64,000 nucleotides of DNA from Felis catus (Eukaryota), in NCBI RefSeq assembly GCF_018350175.1, contig NC_058368.1, positions 219,358,001-219,422,000 on the forward strand, read 5' to 3'. Shown piece by piece: positions 13,371-25,577 of this stretch (its first letter is position 1; each line of letters opens with the position of its first letter). Under the pieces are notes generated by a model, which saw only the letters and a list, made by a program, of their open reading frames with translations, had not been told where the DNA came from and did not search any database. A program made the position numbers and the translations under genes.

Positions 13371-13989
13371 TTATATTTCATTCCATTTAGCTACCTATCT
13401 AATCATACACTCAACAGTAAGAATTCAGAGCTCCTGGTCTCATGGCGCTTATAGTTGAAGATGAAAGGCTTAAATTTATCTAGCAATGATATGTGTACCA
13501 TAAATATGAAAACAGAATTCCTATGGGAGCCTGTAAATAGAGGACCTAGCAATGTTTCAGAGTCAGCCAAAGCCTTTGCAATCAACTGTAACTTGAAAGT
13601 TGCATGTGAATTTGCAAATTGAAGATAAGGAAAATGGAGGCATTGGGTCTTAAAGAATTCTGGATGAAATGATTGTCCCAAATAGAATGAACAGCTTTAA
13701 CCAGACTCTGAGGCAAAAGAGAACATACAGCTCTAGAAGAACCTGGTAGGGGGTGGAGTACAAGTGTTTTACCCTTTATTGAAAAGGGTGAGGGAGAATA
13801 GGTACCGATGGGATTTAGAAGGATTATTGAGACAAAAGGTTGGACTCAACTGCCACACTGAAGAAGTGACAAGACCACTTTTATATTTTAGGAGAAATAG
13901 ACACATAAGAAACCAGAAAACAAATCATAAATTATTTGGTTTCCGAGTTCAAGTGCAAAGATTTTCATAACCAAGCTCCTGCCTGCAGT

Positions 13990-14380
13990 CTGTGCCTCAC
14001 CTTCCAGTCAATTCTGGCAGCTCCATTCCTCCAATTACAGTTACCTTTTACCAAAGTTAACAGGTGTTAACTTTTCCTAGTGTCTCCAGTTATGGGCCTG
14101 CACATCTATTCAGATGCTTTTTCTAGCTTTTAAAATTTGTTTTCCCTTTTCTCAAACTATGAAAACCTACTTCATCCTACAGAGCTAGCTCAAGCATTTT
14201 CTCCTCTGTGAAGCGATCCTTGACTTCCATATATACAAGTATATTTGAAGATATGCATACCCACTTTTTGATTTCCTGTCCCTACACTAGAATTACAATA
14301 CCTGGATTCACTGAATGTATTTTTAACTGCTTATCCACTGCACTTAGCACAGTATCTGGCACTTGATGAAATGAAGGAAA
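13990..14380 (+). mobile_element. L2 3' end
   Basis: cctacttcatcctacagagctagctcaagcattttctcctctgtgaag; cacttagcacagtatctggcac followed by a tgaa-type tail. Confidence 0.65.
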
Positions 14381-15221
14381 GGAGGAAGGAAGGCAAAGAT
14401 GGGGGAGAAAGAAGAAGGGGATAGGGTAGAGAGAAAAGTTATGTGATCAATGTGTGGTATTTTTCTACTGTTTCCATTATAAGGGTAGAATGCTGGAGAA
14501 GTAAAAAAAAAAAAAAAAAAAAAAAAAACCTTCCCATGGAAATAATTAATCTTCTCTACAGAATCCTTGAAAGATGGTCATACAGACTTTGCTTGAACAT
14601 CCAATAACTTGAGACCCATTCTTTCTAAACCAGACCATTGTTTAAAATGTTGAATTTTTAGAGCTGACATTTGCCTTATAACTTTTGTCCATCATACCTA
14701 GTTTTTTTCCCCCTGAAAGTATGTGGAATAAGTGAAAGAAAGTGTCTTTATGTACTATATGTTATTCAGTGCACTTCTCTGGAAGGTTCCTATTTGATAA
14801 TGCCCAGCATAAAATAAAACATTGATTAAACATAATATGAAAGCCATATTTAAAGCTAATGCTGTCTGATTATTCCATTCACTACTTGATGGTAGTCATC
14901 TGATTCACTCAAAATCTTAAAGATGTGGCCCTTAGTTTTCTGACATTCTTTACAATATTTCTTTTGTACTGAACTATGATGATTATAATGTCTCCATAGA
15001 TGATCTTTCTATTGCCCTTAACTTGATATTCTCTACTCCAATAAATTTCTCTGCCACCCATGCTAAGCATGGTCATACCTGAAACTCCATTCTAATAACT
15101 GATAATCCTCCACAATCTCAAATACAAGAATTCCCTTCTCATATTTACCTGCTCCACTTATTTCTCTAGGTGCCCAACTTCAGAATTGTTTTCTTTTTCA
15201 ATAGGTTGAACAATCTATTGG

Positions 15222-15451
15222 TTTTTAGTACCCTTATAAGAAGAGATATCAGAGAGCTTTCTTTTATTTTTTTCTGCCATGTGAGCACATACTAAGAAGT
15301 TTACTATCCACAAGCCAAGAAGAGAGATCTTGCCAGAACCTGACCATGCTGATACCTTGGACTTCCAAGCTTCAGAACTTCAAGGAAATAAATGTGTATT
15401 GTTTAAGTCACCAGTCTATAAAGTATGTTATTATGTACCTAAGTTAAGACA
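15222..15451 (+). mobile_element. MaLR (MLT1/MST-like) LTR, 3' part
   Basis: gccatgtgag...caagccaagaagagag...ttggacttccaagcttcagaac...aataaatgtgtattgtttaag...taagaca terminus. Confidence 0.85.
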
Positions 15452-15612
15452 GTACAGTTCTTTAAAGAATATGGGGAGAAAAAGAAAATAATGTTTTAAT
15501 TGTATTATGTTTTACAATAAGGCATAATTTTTTTCTTATTATATTATGACACTATTTTATTTTTATCAAACTTCCTAAAAGCTTGCTTTTGTATCTTCTT
15601 CCCTCCTCCCAC

Positions 15613-15671
15613 CCTTCCTTCCTTCCTTCCTTCCTTCCTTCCTTCCTTCCTTCCTTCCTTCCTTCCTTCCC
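15613..15671. repeat. (TTCC)n microsatellite
   Basis: Direct reading. Confidence 0.97.
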
Positions 15672-16702
15672 TGGCCTACTTCCTTAAAGACTTTTTCCAT
15701 TTTGTCTAGAAATTCTTCCTTTCTCAAAGACTAGAGCATATGGTTGCTTATTTTAAGAACTTACTATTTCTTATCTATCCATGTGATCATTCTGCTTTTA
15801 TTGCTCACAAAATTTTTTCCAATATCAGACAGGAAAACAGAGATAACTGGTTGAAGATCACTTTACTGCTTTCTTCAGGATCTATAATTCTTAGATCTCA
15901 AATTGAACAATACTTTTCTAGGCCCATTGTAAAAACAGCAATTGCAAATTACCACTCCAAATTATCTGCATTTCATATTTGTTTTTTAAGAAATTCATTG
16001 TGGAGAGGAATTCTTACATTTATGGATGGGTTTATTATCTGATTCAGTCAACAAAAATACTCTAATACTTATAGTTATCTCTATCTAACTAACAGAAATT
16101 TTATTATTATTTTATTGTATAAAAATATGGTGTTTATCTACAAGTAAAGAGAAGTAATTCATCAATCTTTCTTTCTATATAATTAAGCAGCAATATTAAT
16201 GGATTCTCTGCTTGTTCTGTTCTCATGCTTCTATAGCTAAAAAATAAGATTCACTAAAAAACTAAGATATTTCACTGTGAAAACAGACATTTGTGTTTTT
16301 TTAATGCAATTCACCAGGATGGTAATATTTATTTTTATTTGTAATTATTTTATTAAACTATTTTATCCAGTGTTTAAAGGTTAATGAATTGAAAATTACA
16401 ATGTAGAATATGAAAAAATTACTAGAGCATAACAGTGAACTGGAGATTGCAGAAAAAAGATAAGTAAACATCAACAGATTAATATATATTATCGTATTTG
16501 AATCATAATCAGAAAAATAATTTGTTTGAAAGCAATTAACAATTTCTTATTTTGGACAATTTCAATCATTATAATCTAAATGTAATTGGAATCCCAGAAA
16601 TAAAATTATGCAGAAAAATATTTGAAAGCATATTACCTAGAAACTTCCCAATTTTTTTAGAAACCTATTTATCCAAAAGTTTGACTAATGTTAACAGTAA
16701 AT

Positions 16703-16705
<3 letters not shown>

Positions 16706-16741
<36 letters not shown>

Positions 16742-16847
16742 TGCTTAGGTATGAAATAGTTAACATGTTGGAAGCCAACAGTGAAAAAAATAAAGGTAAA
16801 GAAGGGAGGGAGAAAGGGAGGGAGAGAGACAGAGAGAGGGAAAGAGA

Positions 16848-16896
<49 letters not shown>

Positions 16897-16914
16897 AAAA
16901 GAAAAAGAAAGAAA
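16706..16914. repeat. (GA)n and (GAAA)n polypurine tracts
   Basis: Direct reading; a second (GAAA)n lies at about 17184-17224. Confidence 0.95.
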
Positions 16915-17184
16915 GGGCAACCAATGAATAAGCTATCTTAAATATAGGGAACAATATATACTGATAGCTTCATTTTCATCAGAAACAGAACAGAAAACAA
17001 TAGGATAACATTTTTAATGTGGGAAAATAAAAAGTCAATCTAGAAGTCTATATCACTCTAAAATTTATTATAATTTATGTAAGTGAAAAGTTAGAGAATG
17101 TTATGCCTACGAACATACACAAGAAGAAATGCAAAATAAAAAATTAAATTAAACCCCAAAAAGGAGAAAGGAAATGAAATATAA

Positions 17185-17225
<41 letters not shown>

Positions 17226-17359
17226 TTTCTTTATTATTTTGTTCAATAAAATGCTAAGTTTATTTTTTGAAATTGTTGACAGAATTAGTAAATCTGTAGA
17301 GACACTTATCCAGAGGAAAAAATGGAAAAATGCATTTTAAAAATAACAGGAGTGAATTT

Positions 17360-17572
17360 GAGGCACCTGGGTGGCTTAGACCAATAAGTGTCCAAGTTTT
17401 GATTTTGGCTCAGGTCATGGTCTAGCGGTTGGTGAGATTAAGCCCCTTATAGGGCTGTGCCCTGACAGCTAGAAGACAGTTTGGGATTCTTTCCCTCTCT
17501 CTATGCCCCTCCCCTTGCTCATGCTCTCTCTCTCTCTCTCTCTCACTCTCTCTCAAAATAAATAAAATTAAT
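17360..17572 (+). mobile_element. SINEC
   Basis: TSD aaataacaggagtgaa (17341-17356) / aaatgacaggagtaaa (17573-17588). Confidence 0.95.
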
Positions 17573-17911
17573 AAATGACAGGAGTAAAAAAGAAAATGTT
17601 TTCACCAACTCTACCAATAAAAAAATAACACAGGAATATTATGAAAATCATAAAGCCAATAATTAGGAACTTAGAAGAAATGGTGCATTCTTTGACTATA
17701 CAAATTACCAAAATTGACTCTGAAAAAGTCAATCTGAATAGTCCAATAGTTATTCAATAAAATAGATATTTAAATATTTATATTTAAATAATAAATATAA
17801 ACATTTTAAAATAAAAATAATAAATATTTATTATACATAAAGCATTTTCCTACAATGGGAAAATGTGTAGTTTTTACAGATTGCTTTGCTGTTGAATTTT
17901 TCAAACATTTA

Positions 17912-18160
17912 AATTATTCTTTTTTTTAATGTTTATTTATTTATTTTTGAGACAGAAAGAGAGACAGAGGTGGGGGAAGGAGAGCAGAGAGAGAGAATCC
18001 CAAGCAGGGTCTGCACTGTCAGTGCAGAGCCCGACGTGTGGCCCCAGCCCATGACACTGAGATCACCACCTCAGCCCAATCCAAGAGTCTGATGCTTAAC
18101 TGATTGAGCCACACAGATCCAAGAGTCTGATGCTTAATTGACTGAGCCACCCAGGCATGC
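17912..18160 (-). mobile_element. SINEC with an internal 38-bp tandem duplication
   Basis: TSD core tgaatttttca; duplicated unit 18079-18116 / 18117-18154. Confidence 0.93.
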
Positions 18161-18645
18161 TGAATTTTTCAGGTTTTTAAAGAAGAAATACTACAAGTCC
18201 TAGGCAAATATGTTGAGAAAATGGAGGAAGAACAGAATATTTCCAAACGTATCTTAGGAAGACAATATTACTCTGATAACAAAAGCAAAAGAACATCAAA
18301 GGAGAAAAAAAAATCAGATAAATTTTGGAAAATCATGCATTATATAGATAAATGCAGTGGCTATGACAAAAGAGAATTGGATTGAGAAAATGGAATAATG
18401 TAGATATAAACAAATAAAAATTAGAAGTGAACCCACAAACACATATTTTGTGTTCTCTGGAAGTGAGAATGTATAATTTTATTAAAAGTAGTCCAAGCAG
18501 GTTTAGAGAAATTATAAAATGGAAGATGTAGCCAATATCTTGGTCAAAGGGGGGAAAAGAGAAATCTGGGTAACAAATATTCTCATCTTACATAGTCTAA
18601 AGTAAAACAAACAAACAGACAAACAAACAAAAACACTTATCTCAA

Positions 18646-18683
18646 GGGCACTTGGGTGGCTCAGTTCGTTAAACTTCCAACTT
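18646..18683 (+). mobile_element. Isolated SINEC 5' head fragment (38 bp)
   Basis: gggcacttgggtggctcagttcgttaaacttccaactt, followed by unrelated sequence. Confidence 0.8.
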
Positions 18684-19397
18684 AAGTTGAATATGTTTGC
18701 CTCTGAAGAATGTTTGAAGTGAAAGAACTTTGAAATAATTTTTAAGCTATTCTAGGATAGTTGCCTCTTTTGGGGGGATAAAGTACCCATATAGTTAAAG
18801 AAAACAGTGCAACAGTATTTCAGTAAAACTAAAAAAAAAAAAAATGCTAGATGATAGTAGAACTAGGAGATATGCCAACCAGCCAAACTATCAATTATTA
18901 GAGTAGCAGCTATCCTTTATTTTCCAGAGTTCATGTTAAAAGGAAAAAGCATACAAAAATTATGTTGAAGATTTTTTATTCAAGAAGGTTTCAATCTAAC
19001 ACAGCAGGACATACTGTGTGCACATGCAAATACACGTATGCATATCCTCAAGACCATGTACAAGTTCAATATACTTTCTGACCTCTGAGTATACTGCCTC
19101 ATACAGAACAAGATGTGTTACAATAGCTTATGACAATGATATTTTCAATGCAAAAAAAGAATCCCAAAAACTTTCTGTGGAACACGTGTATATTTTTTAA
19201 TAATACATCTTAATATTAAATTACATTTAAAATATTTTAATATAAACATTTAAATTACTGCTTTAAATGATAACTTCTAAATAACTTGAAAATATTAGCT
19301 TTTCAATTTTTGCAAATCCTCAAACAAAATGCATTTTGATTATGCCCCTCTTCCTAGTCAACTGTATTAAAGTGTATTGATAGTTTTTAATTTTTTT

Positions 19398-19614
19398 TTT
19401 AATTTTTTTTTCAACGTTTATTTATTTTTGGGACAGAGAGAGACAGAGCATGAACGGGGGAGGGGCAGAGAGAGAGGGAGACACAGAATCGGAAACAGGC
19501 TCCAGGCTCCGAGCCATCAGCCCAGAGCCTGAGACGGGGCTCGAACTCACGGACCGCGAGATCGTGACCTGGTTGAAGTCGGACGCTTAACCGACTGCGC
19601 CACCCAGGCGCCCC
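19398..19614 (-). mobile_element. Young SINEC_Fc
   Basis: CpG-rich; TSD tgatagtttttaattttttt at 19378-19397 and 19615-19634. Confidence 0.98.
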
Positions 19615-19634
19615 TGATAGTTTTTAATTTTTTT

Positions 19635-20058
19635 AAGTTTTTTATTTTAATTCCAGTATAGTTAACATACAGTGTGAATTAGTTTCGTGTGTACAATGTA
19701 GTAATTCAACAATTATATACATTACTCAGAGTTCATCCTGATAAGTGTAGTCTTTAATCTCCATCATCTATTTCACCCATCTCCTCCCCACTTCCCCGCT
19801 GGTAACCATCTGTTCTCTATAGTTAAAGAGTCCATTTCTTGGTTTCTCTCTGTCTCTCTCTCTCTGTCTCTCTCTCCATCTTTCTCTCTGTCTTATTCCT
19901 TTGCCCATTTGTTTCATTTCTTAAATTTCACATATGAGTGACATCATATAGTATTTTCTTTCTCTCACTGACTTATGTCAGTTGACATTATACTCTATCT
20001 CTATCCATGTCACAGAAAATGGCAAGATTTTGTTCCTTTTTATGACTGAATAATATTC

Positions 20059-20109
<51 letters not shown>

Positions 20110-20620
20110 CCACTTCGTTATCCACTCATCTATCGATGGACCCTTAGGCTGTTTCCATTTTTGGCTGCTGTAAATAGTGCTGCATGTAGCCCTTTGAATT
20201 TGTGTTTTTGTGTTTTGGGGGTAAATACCCAATAGTGCAACTACTGGATCATAAGGTAGTTTTATTTTTAACTTTTTGAGAAACTTCCATACTGTTTTTC
20301 AGAGTGGCTACACCAGTTTGCATTCCCATCAACAGTGTACAAGGTTTCCATTTTCTCCACATCCTCGCCAACACTTGTTTCGTAAGTTGTTGATTTTAGC
20401 CATTCTGACAGGCGTTAGGTGATATCTCATTGTAGTTTTGATTTTCATTTCTCTGATGATGAGAGATGTTGAGGATCTTGTCATGTGTCTTTTGGCCATC
20501 TGTGTCTTCTTTGGAAAAATGTCTGGTTGTGTCTTCTGTCCATTTTTTAAATGGGTTATTTGGTTTATGGGTGTTGAGTTCTATCAGGTTTTTTAAAAAT
20601 ATTTTGGAATACTAACCCTA
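19635..20620 (-). mobile_element. 5'-truncated carnivore L1 with (TG)n at 20061-20106
   Basis: ORF 19978-20232 resembles the ORF2 C-terminus (GIYP..., KWKQPKGPSIDEWI); 3' UTR and T-rich tail. Confidence 0.92.
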
Positions 20621-20689
20621 AACAGCTGTTTTTTTAAGTTGTAACAGGGATTTTTGTTCATTTTGGGCAGACCTATGTTCTCAAGATTT

Positions 20690-20878
20690 ATTTTTTTTTA
20701 ATTTTTATTTTTGAGAGAGAGAGAGAGAGTTCGTGAGTGGGGGAGGAGCAGCGAGAGAGGGAGAAGTGGGTTCTGTGCTGACAGTAGAGAGCCCAACATG
20801 GGGCTCCAAGTCAGGACCATGAGCTCATGACTGGAGCCGAAGCCAGATGCTTAACCCACTGAGCCACCCAGGCCCCCC
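20690..20878 (-). mobile_element. SINEC
   Basis: gagccacccaggcccccc end, (GA)n, T tail. Confidence 0.93.
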
Positions 20879-22510
20879 AATTTATTTTATTTTTAAGGAA
20901 ATCTCAGAATTTCTGCAGGTGCCCTGCGAGTCTCAGGAAACATCCCACACCCACTGACTGCTTTCTAAAGAGATTCTTACAAAAGTGAAAAAGCAGCTAA
21001 ACTTTAAACAAAATGAATATGTTTTACACTAGCTAAGATAGAAATCAAGTACAAAATTTACAAAAGCATTTCCCTTTATTACAAAAAATAGTGGCTCCTT
21101 TATACCTATTAGATTGTTTTTAGATAATTTTACTTATTGGTATTATTTTGAATTAAATGGAAAGCACTCGTGAAAATGAGGGCTATGTGTTTTCCATGCC
21201 TGTTTACTACATAACTACCAGATCATTCCAGCATCGCTCCTGTTTGTAGAAACTCCTAGAATGACTTTTCAGGTCAGTTCACATCAAGAATCTGTGTCCA
21301 GTCAGTGCCTCCTTGTAGCATTCAAGTCCATACTTTTAATATCACTATGTGTACTTCATGATCTTTTACCTGCTTTTTATTCTCTTTCTTGCTTCCAGCC
21401 TTTCACATATGCTCTTTCTTCTGTCTAGAGTATTGCTGACTCCTTTTTATTTCTAAACCTGATAATTCTCTAGCCCCTCATATAAGCTGGATTAAATCTT
21501 CAAATTTGGTCTAGGTTGCAGATGAGTATGAATGCTGGGCTAGGTTCAGCAAAATTAGTTTTCGTGTGTTTTTGCAATAATTAACAAGCTAAGTGCCCAA
21601 ATGATGAACGAAACAAGGATACAAAGGAAGAGATTATTACCCTATGTTCTCTCACTAAGACGTTTAGACATTTGGTCAGTTTGGAAATTCAAGTAAACAG
21701 AGAAAAAAACTTTTTTTAAAGCCCAGATGACTTATATGATTCATTAAAATACATCATTTGTTTGCTTCCACAGAGAGAACTTTATCGAAACCCTAAACAA
21801 TTGTAACTCATTAGTCCTTATAATGAAATGTTTAATTGCCCACTTTACTTACCTACTCTAAATTTAATAAGCAGGCGGTAAAGGGGCTTAAATTTTTATC
21901 TAGCAGAGTAGCCATCATTGGTAGGCACTCAGCAAATATTTATGTATCCTGAATATTTCTCATGTGCCTACTATGTGTCAAGTTGTTAAGGGAAAATGAA
22001 TAGAGAGTAGGAAAGGCAATATCTGGATAAAATCCTATCTTCCATGAATTAAAAAAAAAAATGAACCACCTTTTAGGAAACAACTGATTAGCAAGAATTT
22101 TTTAAGGAACTTCTCATTTTCAATAATAGAAGGTGGAAGACAAAGGGAGAACATCTATAGACTACTGAGAAGGTCAGATTATGATTCAATTATCATGTCC
22201 CCAACCAAACTACCAAACATACCAGGCAAAAAAAAGGCATTTGTGAACAACAACAAAAATTAAAAGAGTGTACCTTTTAGGTATCTATTAGAAGGATATC
22301 ATCAAAGAGTAGTCTTAATGAAAATATATTTGAATTAATAACATGGATTTCAACAAGAAAGTTAAAAGGAGAGGGGAAACAGTGGTGATGATCAATGAGT
22401 CTTGAAGTGAATTTAGTTTACAGTAAATGCATAAATGTGCAATATAAGTGGAAAGTAAGATTCTCATGATGGAAAAAACATACAGAAAAGAAAAACTAAA
22501 AAATACCCTG

Positions 22511-22553
22511 AAACTAAACTAAACTAAACTAAACTAAACTAAACTAAACTAAA
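22511..22553. repeat. (AAACT)n pentanucleotide repeat, about 8.5 units
   Basis: Direct reading. Confidence 0.97.
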
Positions 22554-24449
22554 CCATCCCCGCACAAAATAAGCAATTGAAGGAAGGGCTCTGGGAGGTG
22601 GATGAGATCAATAAAGTTTATTTCCCTAAAGGGAAATTCTCTTATTTCACAGCATTGCCCCAATAATTTTTGCTGCTCATTAGTCATGCATGTGCTTCAT
22701 TGCTTAGTATGTGAGCAGAGCATTCTTGACAGAGACAATAAAACTAAATAGTAGGCACAACTTCTGCTGTTGAAAGGTTGTCAGATGATGGTGGGAAAAA
22801 CACATTTTTAAATAGAGAATAGAAAAATGCTCAGGAAGCTGTGAACTTTAGAAGTGACTTTATGCATGCAAAAGGGAGACCAGGAAGACAGATGTTTTCT
22901 GGAAAGGGATCAGTATGAAGGGGGGAAGGGTAGTAAGTGGTTAATAGGATTGAGTTTATTGTTTTAGGTTAAGTCTTAGCTCTCTGCTGTTTCCTGGAAG
23001 CATGGCTATCAGAGAAACACTACCAGCTGCCACCACAGACTCCTGAAGCTACTGTGGAATAGCAAATAGCTAGACTGTCCCTGAAAAAGTGCCAATTTGC
23101 ATCTCTCCCCCCACTTCATGCGCGCATGTACATACACACACACACACACAGAGAACAGATTTACTGCACTTTTTTTAATTGAAAGGATGCAAATGTGTCT
23201 TTTTCTTACTATATCAGAATTAAATATGTATCTTCATAAGAAAAAAAATCACTTTTTTTAGACAGATAAACTGAAACCATCTCTTGTAGAGAAAGGATTT
23301 AGGTCTCAATGCCCTGCTGCAAACACGGTCATTAGAATACAAGGATAATTAAGCAGTTTTCAAATCCAATGGGAAAAAGTGGGATCAAATGTACCCCCAG
23401 CTGGCATGGGAAGCTGGGAACTGGCATCTGTGGTTTATAATTCCAACCCTTATGTTGTAAGGGAAAATTCTCATACTCTATTAGGGTCTATTTTCAATTG
23501 ATCATTGTCTCTTTCAGTTGTGTCACTTAAAAGCCTTGTAATTAACCTTTACCTAGAGGTTTCATTTGCAGAAATGGATGGCATATTTTTGGCTGTGTTG
23601 TTTGAGGAGCAGAATGAGATCAATATAATCAATAAGATTAAAATAGAATGTATTCAAATTGTTCAATGCAATTGGACACATTTGACATATCTTAGCATAT
23701 TAAAGATGAGATTGAGGAAATAAGTTAATTTCAATTTGTAATAATAATGAAAGAGCAAACTAGATGAAAAACAAGCTACCCAAGGGAAAAAGTCTTGCAG
23801 GGTTTTCTTTTGCCTCACTAAATTGAGTTGACAACTGTGCTGGGATATCTAGTCCACTTGTTATCACTACCATCACTATCACTGGGTCACCTTGTCATAC
23901 ATCACATTAGTTACATGCATTTCTGTAGAAACTGCAATAATCAGTATGCACACAGACAGGTTTCACTGTCATGTCTCCAAAATATTATTGACCAAATGGA
24001 AGCAATTCAATGTATTAGCCAAGATTAGAACCTTCAAAATTCAATCAGATATAAAAACATATACACACGCGCACACACACGCACACACATACACACACAC
24101 ACACACTTGATGTTTCTAAACAAATTGAGATTTAAAAAATAGCAACGTTTTGATAAAGTCAAATTCACTTACCTATTTGTCTTGTTCCCTCCTTCTCTAT
24201 CACTTGGGAAAAGGTGGCATCAGAACAGCTAATCATGAAACAAATAAAAATTCATGAACCAATGTTATACCAATTCATGGGTTTTGCCAAATATTCTTCT
24301 CTTGTTTGTTATTTGTATGACAGCAATAGTGATGATGTGATGAGGAGAAATAAAGGTAGTAATGTAAGTGGAGAAAAAAACCCAAAGTTCTGGATGTAAT
24401 TTGCAAATAACTAGCCTCAAATGAAAAAGAAATTTCCATACGATTCATC

Positions 24450-24457
<8 letters not shown>

Positions 24458-24498
<41 letters not shown>
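24458..24498. repeat. (TA)n microsatellite
   Basis: Direct reading. Confidence 0.97.
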
Positions 24499-24502
<4 letters not shown>

Positions 24503-24984
24503 GATTTCTCTTAGTTTATAAAGTAAATGCTACAAATGCAAAAAAAGTAAAGAAAGACTTATAGTTTCTCTGCTATTAGAATGAACTGGTTTTGTGTTAT
24601 TAATAGAACCAAACAGCTTTTACTAGTATCACTCCCATGTCACAACGTGTTGACACATTATGTATTTTCTAACACATTTGGAATGCTAGGTTTCCCTAGT
24701 GAATCTCAATATCTCAGAGGATGAAAACAAAATCTGAACACTGTCAGAAACTTCCAAACCTGCTCTAATTTAGAGACTCAATGGACTGCCCAATTGCCTT
24801 GAGATGTTCATTATGTGAGAAGATATAAACCTCTTTTCAAGTTTTTACTTATTTAATTATTTAACTTTCATTTTTGGCACTTCATTTCTGTTATTGTATT
24901 TGTCATAATTCTTGTTTTCTTGCTCACATAACCAAAATAAATAACAGGAAACAGGAAACTTGAATACATAGTAAAATTATTTTT

Positions 24985-25187
24985 TATTATTATTTTTTTT
25001 AATTTTAGAGAGAGTGCACAAGTTGGGGAGAGGGGTAGATGGAGATAGAGAAAAAGAGAAAGAATCTTAGGCAGGCTCCATGCACAGCATAAGCTGGACA
25101 TAGAACTCAATCTCACACCCTGGGATCATGACGTGAGCAGAAATCAAGATTCAGAAGCTCAACCGACTGAGCCACCCTCATGTCCCC
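24985..25187 (-). mobile_element. SINEC, diverged
   Basis: caaccgactgagccacc...cccc end; GA-rich tract; T tail. Confidence 0.9.
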
Positions 25188-25577
25188 AAAATACTGAAAT
25201 TATTTTAAAAATAAATTTTATTATAAGTTATTATAGTTATCATTGCTGCTAGCTTTTTTAAACTTGTCCCCATCATTACATACCTCTGTGCATACATATA
25301 TAGAGAAAATTAATACTGCCTGTGTCATTAAATATTCTTTGAACACCTGATTCTCTTTTTTTTATATGAAATTTATTGTCAAATTGGTTTCCATACAACA
25401 CCCAGTGCTCCTCCCAAGAGGTGCCCTCCTCAATGTCCATTACCCACTTTCCCCTCCCTCCCACTCCCCATCAACTCTAAGTTTATTCTCAGTTTTTAAG
25501 GGTCTCTTATGGTTTGCCTCCCTCCCTCTCTAACTTTTTTCCCCCTTCCCCTCCCCCATGGTCTTCTGTTAAGTTTC

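Larger units (their letters stand above)
16380..18310 (+). mobile_element. Ancient L1 ORF1/ORF2 fragments with (GA)n and (GAAA)n tracts and two SINEs
   Basis: taattggaatcccagaa...gcagaaaaatatttgaa...gaaacttccca (ORF1-like); caaattaccaaaattgactc...aatctgaatagtcc (ORF2-like). Confidence 0.65.

Noticed and set aside
16669..16954. K/E/R-rich and F/L/S-rich ORFs
   Set aside because: (GAAA)n and (GA)n repeats.
22511..22553. Regular short repeats as a CRISPR-like array
   Set aside because: Simple pentanucleotide microsatellite with no spacers, in a mammalian genome.
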